NCBI GenBank assembly: GCA_013239625.1
Contig: MU054037.1
Location: 560,001 to 584,692 of the forward strand
Direction of reading: 5' to 3'
Source of the DNA: Lama guanicoe
Lineage: Eukaryota
Length of the DNA stretch: 24,692 bases
In this document: piece by piece, positions 1 through 17,950 of the stretch
Numbering within the stretch: the first letter of the stretch is position 1
Layout of the letters: every line of letters begins with the position of its first letter
The notes under the pieces: model-generated
Seen by the model: only the letters and a program-made list of their open reading frames with translations
Told to the model about the DNA's origin: nothing
Database searches by the model: none
Program-made: the position numbers and the translations under genes

Positions 1-150
1 ACATTTCAACAACTTTATGATGACAGATTGTTGCTGGTCTTATCATGGTGATCAATTTGTAATGTATGTAAATGTTGAATCGCTAATTTTTACATCTCAA
101 ACTAATAAAATATCACATGCCAGCTATGCTTTCATAAAAAGTAATATAGA
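1..150 (+). mobile_element. LINE-1 3' end (L1MA9-like) in CYP2C intron 4
   Basis: ggtgatcaatttgtaatgtatgtaaatgttgaatcgcta...aaactaataaaata followed by an A-rich tail resembles an L1 3'UTR terminus. Confidence 0.7.
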
Positions 151-525
151 AAAAATGGTATGAGCCTTGCACATTGTTTAGACTGATTGACTTTTTGAAC
201 CTCAGTACCCTCCTTTGGAAAGGTGGGGTATGCTGCAGAATTTCTTCAGAGAGTTATGGGTAGGAAATGAATGTAAAGTTCATTTTGGATTTTTGCATGG
301 TAACTTGTGCATTTTGAAATACTTTTTTCAAATGGGTTGGTAACTGTGCATATAACTCTGGCCATTTTATCAGTTCCCTCTCCTTCAGATCCCAAGTGTG
401 TTCCAGTGCAAGAAGCATGTCTTACTCATCTTTATCTATTCATTTTATACCAATGTGTCTGATACATACTATGGGCCTGTAAAAGTTTGCTAAATGAATT
501 AATGAATGATTCTTTCCTTTTTCAG

Positions 526-7224
<6,699 letters not shown>

Positions 7225-7509
7225 TCAAAGGCTAGCTAGGTGCCCGCTGTCCTATGTGTTAGCTATTACTCTGCTCTCCCTTAACATCAGGAAAGACATT
7301 CCTGAGCCCTGCCTCTTCTAATTTTCTTTAAGATTCGGTTCAAATTTCCCTGCATGAAATACAGCTCATTGTTTCATTGCCAGTAAAATTGTGTCTTACA
7401 GTTTTGAGGTCTTAATCTACATCTCATCTATGGTGTATACTCAATGGAAGATATGTTATAAATGTCATATTTTGTTTTATGAAAGTTAAAATTACAAATT
7501 ATCCCATGC

Positions 7510-7515
7510 ATTAAA
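7510..7515 (+). terminator. Candidate polyadenylation signal (ATTAAA) of the CYP2C gene; a second ATTAAA is at 7625-7630
   Basis: Variant hexamer about 290 bp after the stop. No AATAAA was seen before 8807. Confidence 0.4.
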
Positions 7516-7804
7516 ATTTTAAGTAATATATAAAATGTACTCATCTCTTACTCCTATTTAGCTCTCTAGGGGAATGTTCCCTTGACACTTCGGCATGTAT
7601 AATTGCTGTTTCTTCCCAGTGTTTATTAAAATGTAACTATGTGTGTGATGTGTATGTTTGTATACGTACGTATGTATGTATATGAAGAGAGAACGCAGAG
7701 GAAGATCATTTCAGCTAGAGGGAATATCATAAGATAAAACTTCAATTTGCTGATCTTTTCAAGGATGTCCTTTCTCTCTTCCCCTAGTGGTTAAGACATA
7801 CATC

Positions 7805-7833
7805 CACACACACAAACACACACACACACACAC
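7805..7833 (+). repeat. (CA)n microsatellite, interrupted once
   Basis: cacacacacaaacacacacacacacacaca read directly. Confidence 0.9.
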
Positions 7834-8732
7834 AGACATATTAAGGCAAAGAAAAACACACATGGAGAAATATTTGTGTGTTTTTCTGTGTAGGTGGGCA
7901 TGTGTAATTCTTACTTATATTTTAGCTACGATTTGTTGGTGACATTATATAATAACATATGATAGATATTTTCCCAAGCAGTGTAAAAAAATGTATCTCA
8001 TAACACCCTATCACACGGCTTTAATAATTTTTTAAAAATCTCCCTATTCAAGGATTATTTAGATTATTTTTGAACTTTTGTTAACAAAAAAGATGCTATG
8101 GCATGCATATATCTTTTATTAATATTTGTGTCCTATTTCTTCAGGATAGTTTCATAAAAGTGAAGTATCTGCACATATATATATACACTTTTATTTTTCA
8201 TAGATACTAAAAAATAATGCACTAAAAATTAAGCAGCTATTTATTTTTCTGTCACAATTGTAATAGAGTATGTGACCAAACCTTTTTATGTAATGAAGAT
8301 TGAATTCTTTGGTAGATTTAGTCATCTTTAGTTACCTTTCATCGATTTTTCAAGTAGAAAATCCTATCATCTGCAAATAATATCTCATTGCGATGACCAG
8401 AAATTTCCTGATATAACATCTATATTTATGTTTGTGGCTCTCTATTTCTCTGTCTCACTCATCGCTGACATACACACCCATATGTACATGTATATTTGTC
8501 AGCATGGCAAAATGATAAGTGTTGGGAGAATTTATGGGTATAAGATACCAGAGGATTTGTGAAACTCATATTGGAATCCTGTTATTGATGGGATTTTAAC
8601 TTTGAGTTGATTGCTTATTTGGAATCAGGAGCTGAGAGTCTGAAATGCTGAGTATAAAGTGTTATGTAGGAGTTTTAGAACTCTGAATTTCAGAAGATTC
8701 TGAGGGCTATCAGAAAAAAAAAAGGAGTCCAA

Positions 8733-11005
8733 TTAGATAAAATTCAACATCCATTCATGATAAAAATTTTTACCAAAGTGAGGATAGAGGGAACTTATCT
8801 CAACACAATAAAAGCTATTTATGACAAACCCACAGCCAGCATAAAAGTTGAAAGCCTTCCTGCTAAACTCTGGAACAAGAGAAGAATGTCCACACTCACC
8901 ACTTGTATTCAACATATTATTGGAAGTCGTAGTCATAGCAATCAGAAAAGAAAAAGAAATAAAAGAGATCCATACTGGAAGAGAAGAGGTAAAATTGTCA
9001 CTATATGCAGATAACATGATAGTATATATAGAAAACTTGAAGGACTCCACATTAAAACTACTGGAGCTGATGACGAAATTCAGCAGGTTAGCAGGATACA
9101 AGATTAAGGTACAGGAATCTATTGCATTTCTTTACTCTAACAATGAAATATGAGAAAAAGAAAGTTAAGAAAATTCCTTTTAAAATCGCATCAGAAAAGG
9201 AAAATACTTAGACATAAACCTGAGCAAGGAGGTGAAAGACTTACAGGTAATAAGTATAAAACACAGATCAAGGAAATTGAAGATGATTTAAAGAAATGGA
9301 AATATATTCCATGCTATTGGATTGCAAGAATTAATAGTGTTTAAATGGCCATATTGCTCAAAACAATCTACAGATGTAATTTGATCCCTATCAAATTATC
9401 TAGGATATTTTTTTATAGAACTAGAATAATCCTAAAACTTGCATGAAATCACAAAAGACCCAGAATTGCCAAAGCAATACTGAAGAAATTAAAGGAAGCT
9501 GCAGGCATAACCCTCCCAGAATTCAGATAATACTACAAAGCTACTGTAATGCAAACTGTATGATACTGGTACAGAAACAGACATATGGATCAATGGAGCA
9601 GAATAGAGGAGCCCATAATTAAACCCACACACCTATGGTTAATTAAGCTTCAACAAAGGAGGCAAGAATATACAATGGAGAAAAGACAGTCTCGTTGGCA
9701 AGTGGCGTTGTGGAAGCTGGACAGCTGCATGTAAATCAGTGGAGTTAGAATATTCCCTCACACTATAGACAAAAATAAACTCAAACTGGCTTGAAGCATT
9801 ATAAGACAGGACACCATAAATCTCCTAGAGGAGAACATTGGCAAAACATTCCCTGACATAGATCATAGCAATGTTTTCCTAGGTCAGTCTCCCAAGGCAA
9901 TAGAAATAAAATAAAAAATAAATAAATGGGACCCAATTGAACTTATAAACTTTTGCACAGCAAAGGAAACCATAAACAAAACAAAAAGACAACCTACAAA
10001 CTGGGAGAAAATATTTGCAAACGATGTGACCAACAAAGGCTTAATTTCCAAAATATACAAACAGCTCATAAAACTCAATAAAAAATAACAACCCAATTAA
10101 AAAATGGGCAGAAGCCCTAAGCAGATATTTCTCCAGTGAAGAGATACAAATGGCCAACAGGCACATGAAAAGATTCTCAATATTGCTAATTATACAAGAA
10201 ATGCAAATCAAAACTACAATGAGGTATCACCTCACACCAGTCAAATGGCCATCATTAAAAAGTCCACAAACGATAAATGCTAGAGAGGGTATGGAGAATA
10301 GGGAACCCTCTTACACTGTTGTTGGGAATGTAATTTGGTGCAGCCTTTATGGAAATCAAGATGGAGATTCCTTAAAAAACTGAAAATGGGCTTATCATAA
10401 TATCCAGCAATTCTACTCCTGGGTGTATATTCAGAGGAAACTCTAATTTGAAAAGATATATGCACCTGAATGTCCACAGCTGCACTATTTACAATAGCCA
10501 AGACATAGAAGCCATGTAAATGTCCATCAACAATGACTGGATAAAGAAAACATGGTATATATACACAATGGGATATTACTCAGCCATAACAGATGAAATC
10601 TTGCCACTTGTGACAACATGAAAGGACCTTGAGGGTATTATGTTAAGTGAAATAAGTCACACAGAAAAAGACAAATACTGTATGACTTCACTCATATGTG
10701 GAATATAAAAACAAAATAAATAGGTAAACAAGTGAAACCAAAGAAAAACAAACATGTAGATAAAGGGAACATAATAGTGGTTACCAGAGGAGAAGGGGCA
10801 GGGGAGAGGGTGAAATGGGTAATGGGGATCAACTGTATGGCAACAGATGAAAACTAAATTCTTGTTGGTGAGCATGCTGTAGTGTATACAGAAGTAGAAA
10901 TAAAACGTTGTACACATAAACATATTTGCATAATGTCAAGTCAATGTTACTTCAATAAAACAAATTTTAAAAATTAAAAAATAAGAATTCATTAACAAAA
11001 ATAAA
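8733..11005 (+). mobile_element. 5'-truncated LINE-1: decayed ORF2 (RT and C-terminal part), 3'UTR and A-rich tail
   Basis: ORF fragments [41 protein letters not shown] (degenerate RT FADD motif) and [14 protein letters not shown]; many frameshifts; AATAAA at 10954-10959 then an A-rich tail. Confidence 0.95.
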
Positions 11006-11234
11006 AGATAGTGATTGTTTTCCACATCACTCTAAGCCCTCTATCTTAATACACTTTTGACTAACAAAATACTATAGAAATCCTTGCCCAATGAATGAAG
11101 ATAATGAATGAACTGTCCTTGTCACCATTATTACAACCTTTTTCTTTCTTTGGTTTTATTTGTAGTGCCAGACACTACAGGAAGATAATTATGGGGAAGA
11201 CTCCATTGGGTGAATATTTCCAAGCAAATTTTGA

Positions 11235-11880
11235 GTGACATCAGCAAGATGGCACGTTGGTGGTTCCCAACTTCAGGCCACCTCACAGAAAGACCAACTA
11301 GCATCTATCTATAAGCAAAATGCCTCTGTGAAAAATCACAGATCCCCAGAATGGAGCTAAAGAAACCACCTGGACCACAAAAACTGAGAAAACCACATTA
11401 GAAAGATAAGAGGAGTGGTTTCTCTTTGACTGGATTGCTCCTCCCTTAGACCAGCACAATGCTGGCTCCACCTGGGCCTCCTGTTTCTCCAGTGGAAAAA
11501 AGGCAGCCCAAGGTGGACATCCAGCTTGCTTAGCATTACAGCACACTTTGGAGAGGGCCACTTAGGTCTAGCCTCACAGGAACACTGGAGGAGTCAGTGA
11601 GGCCAGACAACCAGATAGAGGCAGAGTAGGACTCACAGGGCAGAGCATGCATGGATCTTGCAGGACCAGTTTCTGCAGCCCGAGCAAAAATCCCAGCCAG
11701 CAGCTCTGCCCATCTGCAGAGCTGAGGCAATGGCCCGACCTGGGCAGGAAGGTTAGACAGCCGTTCTGGCCAGTTTGGGTCCCCAGCTACTGGGCCCTTC
11801 ACCTTAGAGTCCATTCTGCAGTTCCTACCTAACAGGGAAGAAAGGCAACAGCCCCTCCTCAAGTGTGCCAAGGAACTGGG
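11235..11880 (+). mobile_element. Old LINE-1 5'UTR fragment (L1M-type 5' end)
   Basis: Begins gtgacatcagcAAGATGGC, the YY1-site start typical of L1 5' ends, followed by moderately GC-rich, CpG-depleted sequence. Confidence 0.6.
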
Positions 11881-11964
11881 GAAGGCCATGGAACATGTAA
11901 TCACTGTGGAGGAAAATAAACAAGAGTGAATAAACCGAAGAAGAGGAAAGTGATTAGCACCGAC

Positions 11965-12087
11965 TACTTTCCAGCCAGATTGTCCTGGTTCAGCTGGCTC
12001 TCCCACTGAAAAGTTGTGTGATCTTGAACAAGCTACGTAACAGAGCATTCCCTTGGTTATTTGGTGAGAAAATGGGTATAATAGCAT
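11965..12087 (+). mobile_element. MIR fragment
   Basis: cctggttc...ccact...gttgtgtgatcttgaacaagctacgtaac...gaaaatgggtataatagca resembles the MIR core. Confidence 0.5.
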
Positions 12088-12295
12088 GGTAGGCGGAATA
12101 CAACACTTACCTCTCTGCCCCAAAGATGCCTACATCCCAATATTAGGAACTTGTGAACCCGTAAGTATGTTACTTTACACAGTGAAAAGGATATTGCGGG
12201 TGTGTTTAAGGATCATGCCATGGGTAGATGATACTCAATTACCCACACAGGGGCCCAATGTAATCACAGGGCTTGTAAGAGGGCAAAGATTGTGA
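12088..12295 (+). mobile_element. MaLR LTR (MLT1C/D-like), 5' part
   Basis: tggtaggcggaat...ccccaaagatgcctacatccc...ggaacttgtgaa...tatgttactttacac...gggcccaatgtaatcacagggcttgtaagaggg matches the recalled MLT1 5' consensus. Confidence 0.8.
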
Positions 12296-13815
12296 CTCCT
12301 CGGGAGGGGCTCGTTGGGAGTGGAGGGACGCGTCAGGAGGGGAGGTGCGCGTGAGGAGGGGCGGGGCGGAGCGGCGGTGGTCGGTCCGCGCAGCCTCAGG
12401 GGGCGGGGCCGGTGTTACGGAGCAAGCGTTTTCCCAGGCTTCGTCGCGGCTGCTGCTGCTCCGGAGCGAGCGGGTTCCTCAAGTTCTTCTCGGCGCTAAC
12501 GCTCGGTACCTCACTCTGGCTGGGAGTGACGGTGGGAGCTGCTGAGGATGCCGGTTCTTCCCTTCTCCCCCGCAGTCCTCGGTTCACTGGCACACCTGCC
12601 TCCTCAGCTCCCCGCCCTCAGCTCTCCCCGCCTCCCCCGCTGCCATCTCTCCGCAGGCCCAGTCGTACGGCCCGCCTCGCGCTATAGGTCTGGGATCCAG
12701 GCTCGGAGCCCCGGGGACCGGGTCCGCTCTCGCCCCCTCCCGAGGTCCGGAGCCCCCCGGTGCCGCTGCTTCCTCCCAGCGGGTCCCGGGCCCAGCTGCC
12801 GCCTCCCGTTAACGGGCCAAGGGCCCAGACGCCCAGCACCATGGAAGACAGCGGGAGTGAGCGCAGCAAAGTGCCCAGCCGGCCCCCTCGAGGTCCCTGC
12901 GGCTTCTGGGGTCCAGTAGGACTATGAACCTCTGTTCCAAACGCTTTGGTGATTTTCAAAAGAAGCAACCAGATGTTGATTCCGCTCCAAGTACGCGTAA
13001 CAGCCAATCAGATTTGTTTTCCAAAGAAACCACCTGTGACAAGAATACCTGGATAACCACGCCAACTCAGTCCCAGCCAGCAGCCGCTTCCGACAGAACT
13101 GACTGTAACTTCAGTGAGTAAAGAGGACTGTGGGCCATGCACAGATGCAGCTCGTGTCTCGTTAATCCCACCAACCAAAAGATCCTGAGGTACAGAGTCA
13201 CAGTCTGAGGAGGCTTCGCCAGTGAACCGGCCCCGACTACTGAATACTGAACGATGCGAGGAAACCAGCCGGTCCACACAGAACAGCCGACGGGGTGCGG
13301 CAGGAATTGGGACGGTGCCGCTGCGGTAAGCATCTCCCCCAGCGGCATGAAGGAGACTGTGTCCTTCACACCCTGGTGTAGCTTTGCAACTTATTCCTAA
13401 GAGGCTGAAGTCGTTCGTTCTTCTGAGTACCTCCCTGCAAGCTATACAGGTTTGGAGTTTGAGAAAATAGGAGTAGAGGATTCTTATTTCTTAACACCTT
13501 TTCTTTCCTCTCACACGTACAAAAAGGCAGAAACATCCCCACTGCTCGTACACATATTTCTTTCAAATGTTGCATCCTCACTGCTTCCTGCTTTCAGTTT
13601 CTCCCCACTGCATATTCCTGTGATTTCTTCTCATTGATGACTTAATTAAAAATTAACCAAACCAGTGAACTTCTGGGATAGGTACCATAAAATTCAGAGG
13701 TTAACTTACTTTTGAATGAGCTTCTCAGTAGGTATAATAGGTAGAAGATTTCTCCCCTTTCTATCCCTTTTAAATTAAAATTTAAAACAAATAAGGGGAT
13801 AAAAATTTTGCATCA
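12296..13815 (+). pseudogene. ZFAND3: ZFAND3 retrocopy: GC-rich leader (about 12296-12840), decayed CDS (12841-13325) and putative intron-derived tail (13326 to about 13815)
   Basis: From ATG 12841 the frames read MEDSGSERSKVPSRPPRGPCGFWG / [33 protein letters not shown] / KEDCGPCTDAARVSLIPPTKRS* / EASPVNRPRLL / QELGRCRCG. This is collinear with ZFAND3 ([61 protein letters not shown]...). No introns within it; frameshift near 12910, stop at 13186-13188, deletion near 13293. Confidence 0.93.
12300..12900. promoter_or_regulatory. CpG-island-like segment with two consensus GC boxes (GGGGCGGGGC at 12358-12367 and 12400-12409)
   Basis: Very GC-rich and CpG-dense against AT-rich, CpG-poor surroundings; motifs read directly. 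Activity is unknown. Confidence 0.65.
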
Positions 13816-13817
13816 CT

Positions 13818-14096
13818 AGTGGGAGGTATGATACTGAAGCAAGAGGTTTAGAGTGATGCAAAGAAGGAGCCCCCAACCGAGGAATGCTGGCAGCATCTTA
13901 AAGCTGAAACAGTCAGGGAAAGAAATGGATCCTCTTCGAGAGCGTCCAGAAGGAACCAGCCTTGCTGACACCTTGATGGTAGCGCCACGAAACTGAACTT
14001 GAACTTTGGACCTCAGACCTGTAAGATAAGCTTGTGTGGTTTTAAGCCACAGATCTTTGTGGTAATTCGTTACGGCAGTAATTGGAAAATACTGCA
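13818..14096 (+). mobile_element. MaLR LTR (MLT1C/D-like), 3' part
   Basis: gaagcaagagg...gaggaatgctggcagc...tccagaaggaaccagccttgctgacaccttgat...tgtgtggttttaagccac...tgtggtaattcgttacggcagtaattggaaa is typical of the MLT1 3' half. Confidence 0.85.
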
Positions 14097-14820
14097 AGAA
14101 TAATCTACCTCTTAGGTTTATGAACCAGATGAATGGAAAACATGCAGTGAGCCAAAAATAGCACAAGAAGATGAGAGATTGAGCCTCAAGAAGCTGGTGA
14201 CGGAGAGGAGATGACAAGTCTCAGTACGGTATCAAGGTAGGCTATTTATTATCTTAGGGTTTTTCCTGGCGTACTTTTAGAAAAGCAGCCTGTTGGAGAA
14301 AATATGTGTATTATAGAACAATATTAAATCCCTTCTGTAGGTATGTGACTATAATATATATTAGATGTGAATGTATATCACGTGCATATATAACTATAGA
14401 GCTAAAGGTAATATGTATACATATCTTTAAAATGCATAACAAAGTATAATGCGCTTCAATGGGAGAGGAGCTGGGAGCTGGGTAATGGGTGATGTCGCGT
14501 GTTGTTCTCACAATACAAGTAGAAGTAAGGGGAAAAGATGACTGTAATTTGTTGTGTATAAAATGTTCATTTGTCAATGCTTTGGAGATAACATGAGGCT
14601 AGTGATTTTGGAGCCCCAGCATCAAAGGACCATCCCCCTTAGGTATGAAACAGTGTGGTGGAGACTGAAAAAGAATTGGTAATTCCTTCCAGGGATTTTG
14701 TTCTTGTTGGGGAGACACGGATAGCGCTCAGAACACATGACAGACAATAGGAAGGCACGTATTGATACTTCACCTTAAGTTGGAAACACGAAGCAGTAAA
14801 AATAGCTGAGTATTTTGTGT

Positions 14821-14990
14821 TCACAGTAATACCAAAGTAGGTGCATGAATTCTAATGTGTATGGAAAGTTGGGCATTGTCAGTGTCCTTTGGGTCAACCA
14901 GTGATTTCAGGGTAAATTTCTGTAAACTGGCGGTCGGGAATAAAAACATGTCCACGCAGGCCAGCTCCTTTCCCAGACAGCTCCATTTTC
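14821..14990 (-). pseudogene. CYP2C: CYP2C pseudo-exon 9 (GKWSCLGKELACVDMFLFPTASLQKFTLKSLVDPKDTD...)
   Basis: Acceptor tcatttacag|; similar to 7043-7224 (FTLKSLVDPKD identical); degenerate heme motif; diverged C-terminus. Confidence 0.9.
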
Positions 14991-16629
14991 CTGTAAATGA
15001 CAAATGAAGAGGTAGATCCTCCTGAACACTGTGTTGCTGTGACAGAGAGAATATGCAGAAAATATTTGCTAAATGATCAGATGGGTGGATGGCTGGGTGT
15101 CTGGAAAGATGGTTGGATAAAATGAAGGAAAAGATGAAATATGGACTCACATACTATCCACCTAACATCTTATCTGAACAGTCACCCTTCAGTCAACAAA
15201 TATTTATTGATTACTGATTACCAGCTCTATGCAAAGCATTTCTTTAAATATTTCCACATTATTAACTGCTGTTTTGACATTTCAGTTTTCCATCGATATT
15301 TTTCTAAAAAGACACCCACATTGCTTGTTTCCTATTCCCCGTCTGATGTTCCATGATGGTTTTTTTTCTTTTCATTATTCTAGTCTCTGTTCTCAGCGCT
15401 GACTCTTGATCAATACCCAACACACTGTGAAGTTTCTAATTTTGTATTATGCTGTTCCTAATGTCTAAGATGTACCTCGGTCAAATTATATCTCCTCTTT
15501 GCAGTCTTTGTGATCTCTTCAGGCTGTAGATTGTGTTCCCCTCTGGGTTTCCTCAGCATCATATTCACTCTTCCACTGAGTCAGGGATCACCTTGAGTCA
15601 TAATCTTTGATAGCTTATTTTTCTTCCATGTTAAAATATGACTTCTTGAAGGAGGGCTTTGTCCCTCTTGTGGGTACTTACAGTGTCAGACCCAAGGCAG
15701 AAGTCAAAGCCGTAGAAAAAAAGAAAAGGGAGTCCAGGGCTCAGCACACACATTACCAGTGCGGAATCCCAATATCCAAGATACAGGATGATGACTGGAG
15801 GAAGAGCAGGGTGCTCTGGAATCATGACAGGGTGGTTCTTCTACATTCCCAGTGTTCCCCTGACCTCATGGTTATTTGGCTGAAGGTTCCAACATCCTTC
15901 CTCTAGAGCAAATGTCCTGCTCTTGTGGTTCAGTAGCTCCTTTAAAATGTCCTGCCTTTTCTTGTCTCTGCCCCTTTTGGCGTACCTTCAATATCATTTC
16001 TGCTGTTATGGTGTTGCTTGCACCATTGTGTGTGTGTAGAGTATGAGAGAGTAAGAGGAAGCACATATTTTTTTCCCTCTGCCAGTACTCCACCCCGCCT
16101 GCCCAGAAGTCTGTACTTTACTCTTTCACAGCCCTAGTTGTACTGGATTATACTGATCACTTGCTTCCCTCACTGAAAAGTGAGCCCCTGTTGTGCCCAT
16201 TCTGTGCTCGTGGATACTTGTAACCCCAGAGCTCAACCTGGAGAGTGAGGGATACCACATAGAAGATATTCAGTGAAGTTACTGAGTTTTATACCTTTCT
16301 CATGGCAGATGAGGAAAGTCTAAATGAGTTTTATGTTCTAAGGAGCCTTTGTATATTTCAGTGATGTGTCTAGACGAAGAAGTTAATCAACTCATACACT
16401 AGTTTTCTCAATTTGGAACAAGTGGGTCAACTCTCAGAACCTCGGTGATCTGTCCCAATAATGAGGTTGTGTATGAAGAAGTAGGGGCAGTGCATGGGCG
16501 TCAGGGCTGGTGCTTCTTATCATGGACAAAAAGCAGTCCTACCAGCCTCAGAGTGGACACCATGTAAGTTGTATCTGATCTCAGAAAGATATCTTGTTCC
16601 ATGAAGTACTGAAAGAAATACATTTCTCT

Positions 16630-16743
16630 TGCTGTCACTCTTCTCAAAATTGCCACTCTTATACAGGGTCAGACACCTCTGGGTTGGGGGAATTCTTTGT
16701 CATCATGTAGCTCGTAAGTCAGAAAAGTAAATATGGTTGTGCC
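16630..16743 (-). pseudogene. CYP2C: CYP2C pseudo-exon 8 (GTTIFTFLTYELHDDKEFP/NPEVSDP/KSGNFEKSD)
   Basis: Reverse-complement translation by hand shows a +1 frameshift, internal deletions and damaged splice sites. Confidence 0.85.
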
Positions 16744-17269
16744 TTGGAATGTGTTATGAAGAAGTCATGGAGCTGGAAGAAATGTTGCAACTCAGCCCAT
16801 AGCTGAGGAAACCTAGGTCCAAAAAAGAGCAGAGGCACTTTAAGCCAGACAAAGTAATAAACAGTGATGACTTTAAGGGCAGTAGCAGTGATCTTGTGAA
16901 AGTGACCTCCCGTAGCACTTTAAGTACTGAGTACACAGGTGCTTGGCTGCAAGACTTTCTGAATCCATTCTGCTTTCATCAAGCTTGAACACTGGTGACG
17001 GTACCCATCTGCTGCTTTATTTCATGACTTCAGGTTTCACTCACCTCATATGTGCTTTACAGTGGAAGGCTCTGTTGGCAGTTGAAATGTCCAGAGTATC
17101 CATTCACACGGCTCTTGTAAATAGAAGTCTGATGTAATTAAAAGACCTCTTCCTTGATCATGAGAGCAAGTACAATAACAACTATAGAGTGTTTATCACT
17201 GCCATGTGATTTGTTTCCCTTAATTAAAAAGTATGGAGAAGATCTTTATTACAGACTGATCCTAGCTTA

Positions 17270-17950
17270 AAAACAGGAAAGGTGATAAAAATAGAAAAAA
17301 ATGATTATTTTGCAACAAATCAGCTTAGGACCATCAATAAATGCTGAAACTGTTGGGTGAATGCTTTAGGTGTAGGATGTTCACAAGGTCTCAAAGTACT
17401 ATGCCATAAACATTTAGTAATGATTTATTACAGAATGGAACTTGTGCAATGAAGAGATCTAGGAGGTACCACTTTATTCAGTGAGGACTTTGACATGGCC
17501 AGTAATGATAAGTGACATTACGTGCCCCGCCTCCCCAGTGAGATTCAGTAGGACATACATAGCACCTGTGTAGTTCTCTTGCCAAAACCATAACTGGAAT
17601 ATAACCTCTAGAAAACAATCAAACATTTACATGCCTACTAGCCTGGACTCCAAAGAGGTAAATGTACTGAAAGGAAATAAAAAAGTAAAGAGAACGATTC
17701 TGGATTACAGGAGACCAAAGGGAAAAGATAAGCAAATTATGTGGCTGTTCCTTCACTGGATAGTGAATTGCCAGGAAAAGAAAAGATACAAAGGATATTC
17801 TAGGAATGTTAGAACACTTTAAATACAGGTTGTGTATTAGATGAGATTGTATTAATAATAACTCTGAGTGTGACTATTATTACTGTTATATATGAGAAAA
17901 TCTTTGTTTTGGCACACAGATAGCGATATATTGAGGAATAGATAGATACA
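17270..17950 (+). mobile_element. Old LINE-1 3'UTR fragment (L1MC-like)
   Basis: catcaataaatgctgaaactgttgggtga...tcacaaggtctcaaagta and gttcttcactggat...tgtgtattagatga resemble L1MC 3' ends (from recall). Confidence 0.5.

Noticed and set aside
298..351. Short direct repeat tggtaac(t)tgtgcat, two copies
   Set aside because: Only two short copies; a local duplication, not an array or CRISPR-like structure.
8733..10501. Reverse-transcriptase-like ORFs as a novel RT system
   Set aside because: Ordinary fragmented LINE-1 ORF2 with a degenerate catalytic motif (YADN) and many frameshifts.
11536..12123. Longest ORF in the track (195 aa, - strand)
   Set aside because: Spans L1 5'UTR, MIR and LTR remnants and has no protein-like motif; a chance ORF.
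12314..13007. Overlapping Gly/Pro/Arg-rich ORFs on both strands (e.g. 12412-12687, 12548-12919, 12618-13007)
   Set aside because: Expected from stop-codon scarcity in very GC-rich leader sequence; no recognisable domain.
12924..13121. 65-aa ORF as a functional ZFAND3 retrogene
   Set aside because: Lacks the N-terminal half of the zinc finger, has Cys-to-Arg (CSKR), and ends through a frameshift.
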